Below, in pieces: positions 36,656 to 40,500 of a stretch of DNA of 40,500 nt; within the stretch, counting starts at the first letter, position 1; each line of letters begins with the position of its first letter. Under the pieces are notes generated by a model. That model was not told the origin of the DNA. It searched no databases and saw only the letters and a list, made by a program, of their open reading frames with translations. Origin of the DNA: Escherichia phage P151; the sequence record PP083182.1, one strand, 5' to 3'. A program made the position numbers and the translations under genes.

Positions 36656-37360
36656 ATGGCTTTCAATAAACGTAAAGTATTCACTTCCGCTCGTGGCGTT
36701 GCTGAACCTTACTGCTATCTGGCTAAACCAGACTTCGGTAGTGGTGACTTCAAGAACGAACGTGGTGTCTACAAAGTGTCACTGACTGTATCCAACGACG
36801 ACCCTCGCTGTCAGAAAATGATTGACGAGATTGTCGAAGCCCACGAAACGGATTATGCCGCACGTCTCGAAGAGTACGAAGCGAACCCGCCGAGAGCCGT
36901 AAAGGGTAAGAAACCGCTGAAGCCATACGTTGGCGACATGCCTTTCATGGATAACGAAGATGGAACCACTACGTTCAACTTCAAGTGCTATGGCTCGTTC
37001 ACTGACAAGAAGACTGGTGAGAACAAACCAATCGACTTGGCTATTGTGGACTCCAAAGGTAAGCGCATTCGTGGTGAGCGTCCGGCTATCTCTGGTGGCT
37101 CTGAACTGAAGATTAAATACACTCTGTTCCCTTATGGTTGGTCTGCTGTGGCAGGTGCTTCCGTTAAGCTGCAACTGGATTCCGTGATGCTGATTAAGCT
37201 GGTAGAGTTCGGTGGTGGTGAGGATGACTGGGCGGATGAAGTCGAAGAAGACGGGTACGAAGCTGATGAAGCACAGACCCGCAAGCCACAAAACGACTCT
37301 GGCTGGAATGAAGAACCAGAAGAAGAAGAGGACGATGAAGACGAAGATGGTGACTTCTAA
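36656..37360 (+). CDS. Single-stranded DNA-binding protein gp2.5 (234 aa)
   Basis: AEPY-x-Y-x-AKPD, DPRCQ-x-M-x-DEIVE, ANPP, GKKPLKPY, GGGEDDWADEVEE and acidic C-terminal tail ending DGDF, as T7 gp2.5. Confidence 0.96.
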   Translation: MAFNKRKVFTSARGVAEPYCYLAKPDFGSGDFKNERGVYKVSLTVSNDDPRCQKMIDEIVEAHETDYAARLEEYEANPPRAVKGKKPLKPYVGDMPFMDNEDGTTTFNFKCYGSFTDKKTGENKPIDLAIVDSKGKRIRGERPAISGGSELKIKYTLFPYGWSAVAGASVKLQLDSVMLIKLVEFGGGEDDWADEVEEDGYEADEAQTRKPQNDSGWNEEPEEEEDDEDEDGDF

Positions 37361-37806
37361 TGTCTAAGGGTTATGCAGGTCGAGGCACTCGTGTGGGTGC
37401 CTTTCGCTCTGGCTTGGAGGATAAGGTAAGCAAGCAACTCGAAGGGAAGAACATTAAGTTCGACTATGAGCGTTGGCGAGTACCCTATGTTATTCCTGCA
37501 AGCAACCATACCTATTGCCCTGACTTCCTGTTACCTAATGGCATCTTTGTGGAAACCAAAGGTCTGTGGGACAGTGAGGACCGCAAGAAACACTTGCTGA
37601 TTCGTGAACAGTACCCTGAACTTGATGTTCGCATCGTGTTCTCTTCAAGTCGCTCCAAGCTGTACAAAGGGTCTCCGACCAGTTACGGCGAGTGGTGCGA
37701 GAAGCATGGCATTCTGTTTGCTGACAAGTTAATTCCAGTTGATTGGCTGAAAGAGCCTTCTAAGGATGTTCCATTCGATAAATTTAAAGAGGTGAAGAAG
37801 AAATGA
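37360..37806 (+). CDS. Endonuclease I gp3 (Holliday junction resolvase, 148 aa)
   Basis: VGAFRSGLEDKVSKQLE, VPYVIPASNHTY-x-PDFLLPNGIFVETKGLW, KHLLIREQ-x-PELD-x-RIVFSSSR-x-KLYKGSPTSYGE match T7 gp3. Confidence 0.96.
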   Translation: MSKGYAGRGTRVGAFRSGLEDKVSKQLEGKNIKFDYERWRVPYVIPASNHTYCPDFLLPNGIFVETKGLWDSEDRKKHLLIREQYPELDVRIVFSSSRSKLYKGSPTSYGEWCEKHGILFADKLIPVDWLKEPSKDVPFDKFKEVKKK

Positions 37807-38237
37807 TTCTACATAACAAACTTGAGATAGTACCAACCGATTCCTGTGTAGAGTGGACAGGTGCGTACCACAAGAACGGTTATGGAGTAATCTCTTTGAA
37901 TAGGAAACTTGCTAGGGAGTTAGGGCTGGGGCGTGTTCAATTTGTACACAGGGCTTCTTACATCCAGAACGTTGGGTCTATACCCGAAGGGCTGGTTGTT
38001 CGCCACAAATGTGACAATAAGGCTTGCTTCAATCCCGCTCACCTTGAGGTGGGGACACATTATGATAATGCTTGTGATGCAGTTGAGCGCGGGCTATCTA
38101 AACGAAAACTTACAGATACGGAGGCGGAGTTCATACGTGGGTCAATCGAGTCTAACAGAAAGTTAGCGAAGCGATTTGGCGTAAGTTCTACAACCGTCTT
38201 CCACATTAAGAAAGGTAATAAGTGGAGGAATATATAA
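37803..38237 (+). CDS. HNH homing endonuclease (144 aa) inserted between genes 3 and 3.5
   Basis: VRHKCDNKACFNPAHLEVGTHYDN is an HNH-type motif (as seen from sequence, not profile-searched); C-terminal helix-turn-helix-like KLAKRFGVSSTTVFHIKKG; overlaps both neighbours' ends. Confidence 0.85.
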   Translation: MILHNKLEIVPTDSCVEWTGAYHKNGYGVISLNRKLARELGLGRVQFVHRASYIQNVGSIPEGLVVRHKCDNKACFNPAHLEVGTHYDNACDAVERGLSKRKLTDTEAEFIRGSIESNRKLAKRFGVSSTTVFHIKKGNKWRNI

Positions 38238-38692
38238 TGCCAAAGGTACAATTTAAACAGCGCAGTTCTACGGAAGCAATCTTTGTTCACTGTAGTGCAA
38301 CCAAACCATCAATGGATGTCGGTGTTCGTGAAATCAGTCAGTGGCATAAAGAACTCGGTTGGTTAGCAATTGGCTACCACTTTGTTATTCGTCGTGATGG
38401 AACCATTGAGGAAGGCCGTCCGGTAGATGTCGTTGGGTCTCACGTTAAGGACTGGAATAGTAAGTCAGTCGGTGTGTGCCTCGTAGGTGGCATTGATGAT
38501 AAAGGTAAGTTCGAAGCTAACTTTACGCCAGCACAGATGCACTCTCTTAAAGAGAAACTTGCAGACCTGCTGGACATGTATCCAGATGCAGAAATTAAAG
38601 CTCATCATGACGTTGCACCTAAAGCCTGTCCGTCCTTCAACTTGAGCCGCTGGCTGAAGACTGGAGAACTGGTCACAAGCGATTGGGGTTAA
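38237..38692 (+). CDS. Lysozyme gp3.5 (N-acetylmuramoyl-L-alanine amidase; RNAP-inhibitor homolog), 151 aa
   Basis: Start at MPKVQFKQR; AIFVHCSATKPS, VGVREI-x-QWHKE, GYHF-x-I-x-RDGT, VGVCLVGGIDDKGKF-x-ANFTPAQM, HH-x-VAPKACPSF match T7 lysozyme. Confidence 0.96.
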   Translation: MPKVQFKQRSSTEAIFVHCSATKPSMDVGVREISQWHKELGWLAIGYHFVIRRDGTIEEGRPVDVVGSHVKDWNSKSVGVCLVGGIDDKGKFEANFTPAQMHSLKEKLADLLDMYPDAEIKAHHDVAPKACPSFNLSRWLKTGELVTSDWG

Positions 38693-38711
38693 TAGAACTC
38701 ACTATGGGAGG
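38690..38711 (+). promoter_or_regulatory. Phage RNAP promoter phi3.8-like (TAATAGAACTCACTATGGGAGG)
   Basis: Overlaps the 3.5 stop; followed by GGGAGG..TCTCCC hairpin. Confidence 0.6.
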
Positions 38712-38762
38712 ACCGAAAGGTTTCTCCCTTTGTTCGCTAAAATTGTATAAGGAGTAACCACT

Positions 38763-40500
<1,738 letters not shown>

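Overview
The window is a complete, circularly permuted genome of a T7-like podophage (Autographiviridae, T7/T3 supergroup), with a unit length of about 40,373 bp. The last 127 bp (40374..40500) exactly repeat 1..127, inside the primase/helicase gene, so the window starts and ends within gene 4. All recognisable genes are on the + strand in canonical T7 order: 4.3 to 19.5, then the physical genome ends with a short-repeat array and host-type promoters, then the early region 0.3 to 3.8. I found about 16 T7-RNAP-type promoters (consensus TAATACGACTCACTATTGGGAGA, T rather than A at -1), about 10 RNase III-type processing hairpins, the Tphi and TE terminators, and the gene 10 -1 frameshift site. 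Differences from T7 that deserve a second look: a T3-type SAM-degrading gene and a T7-type Ocr gene in tandem; an HNH endonuclease between genes 3 and 3.5; a tail fiber with a T7-like N-terminus fused to a pectate-lyase-like C-terminus; extra ORFs between 5.9 and 6 and between gene 1 and 1.1; and a short gene 1.7. All protein identifications rest on recalled similarity to T7/T3 proteins and on synteny, not on database searches.
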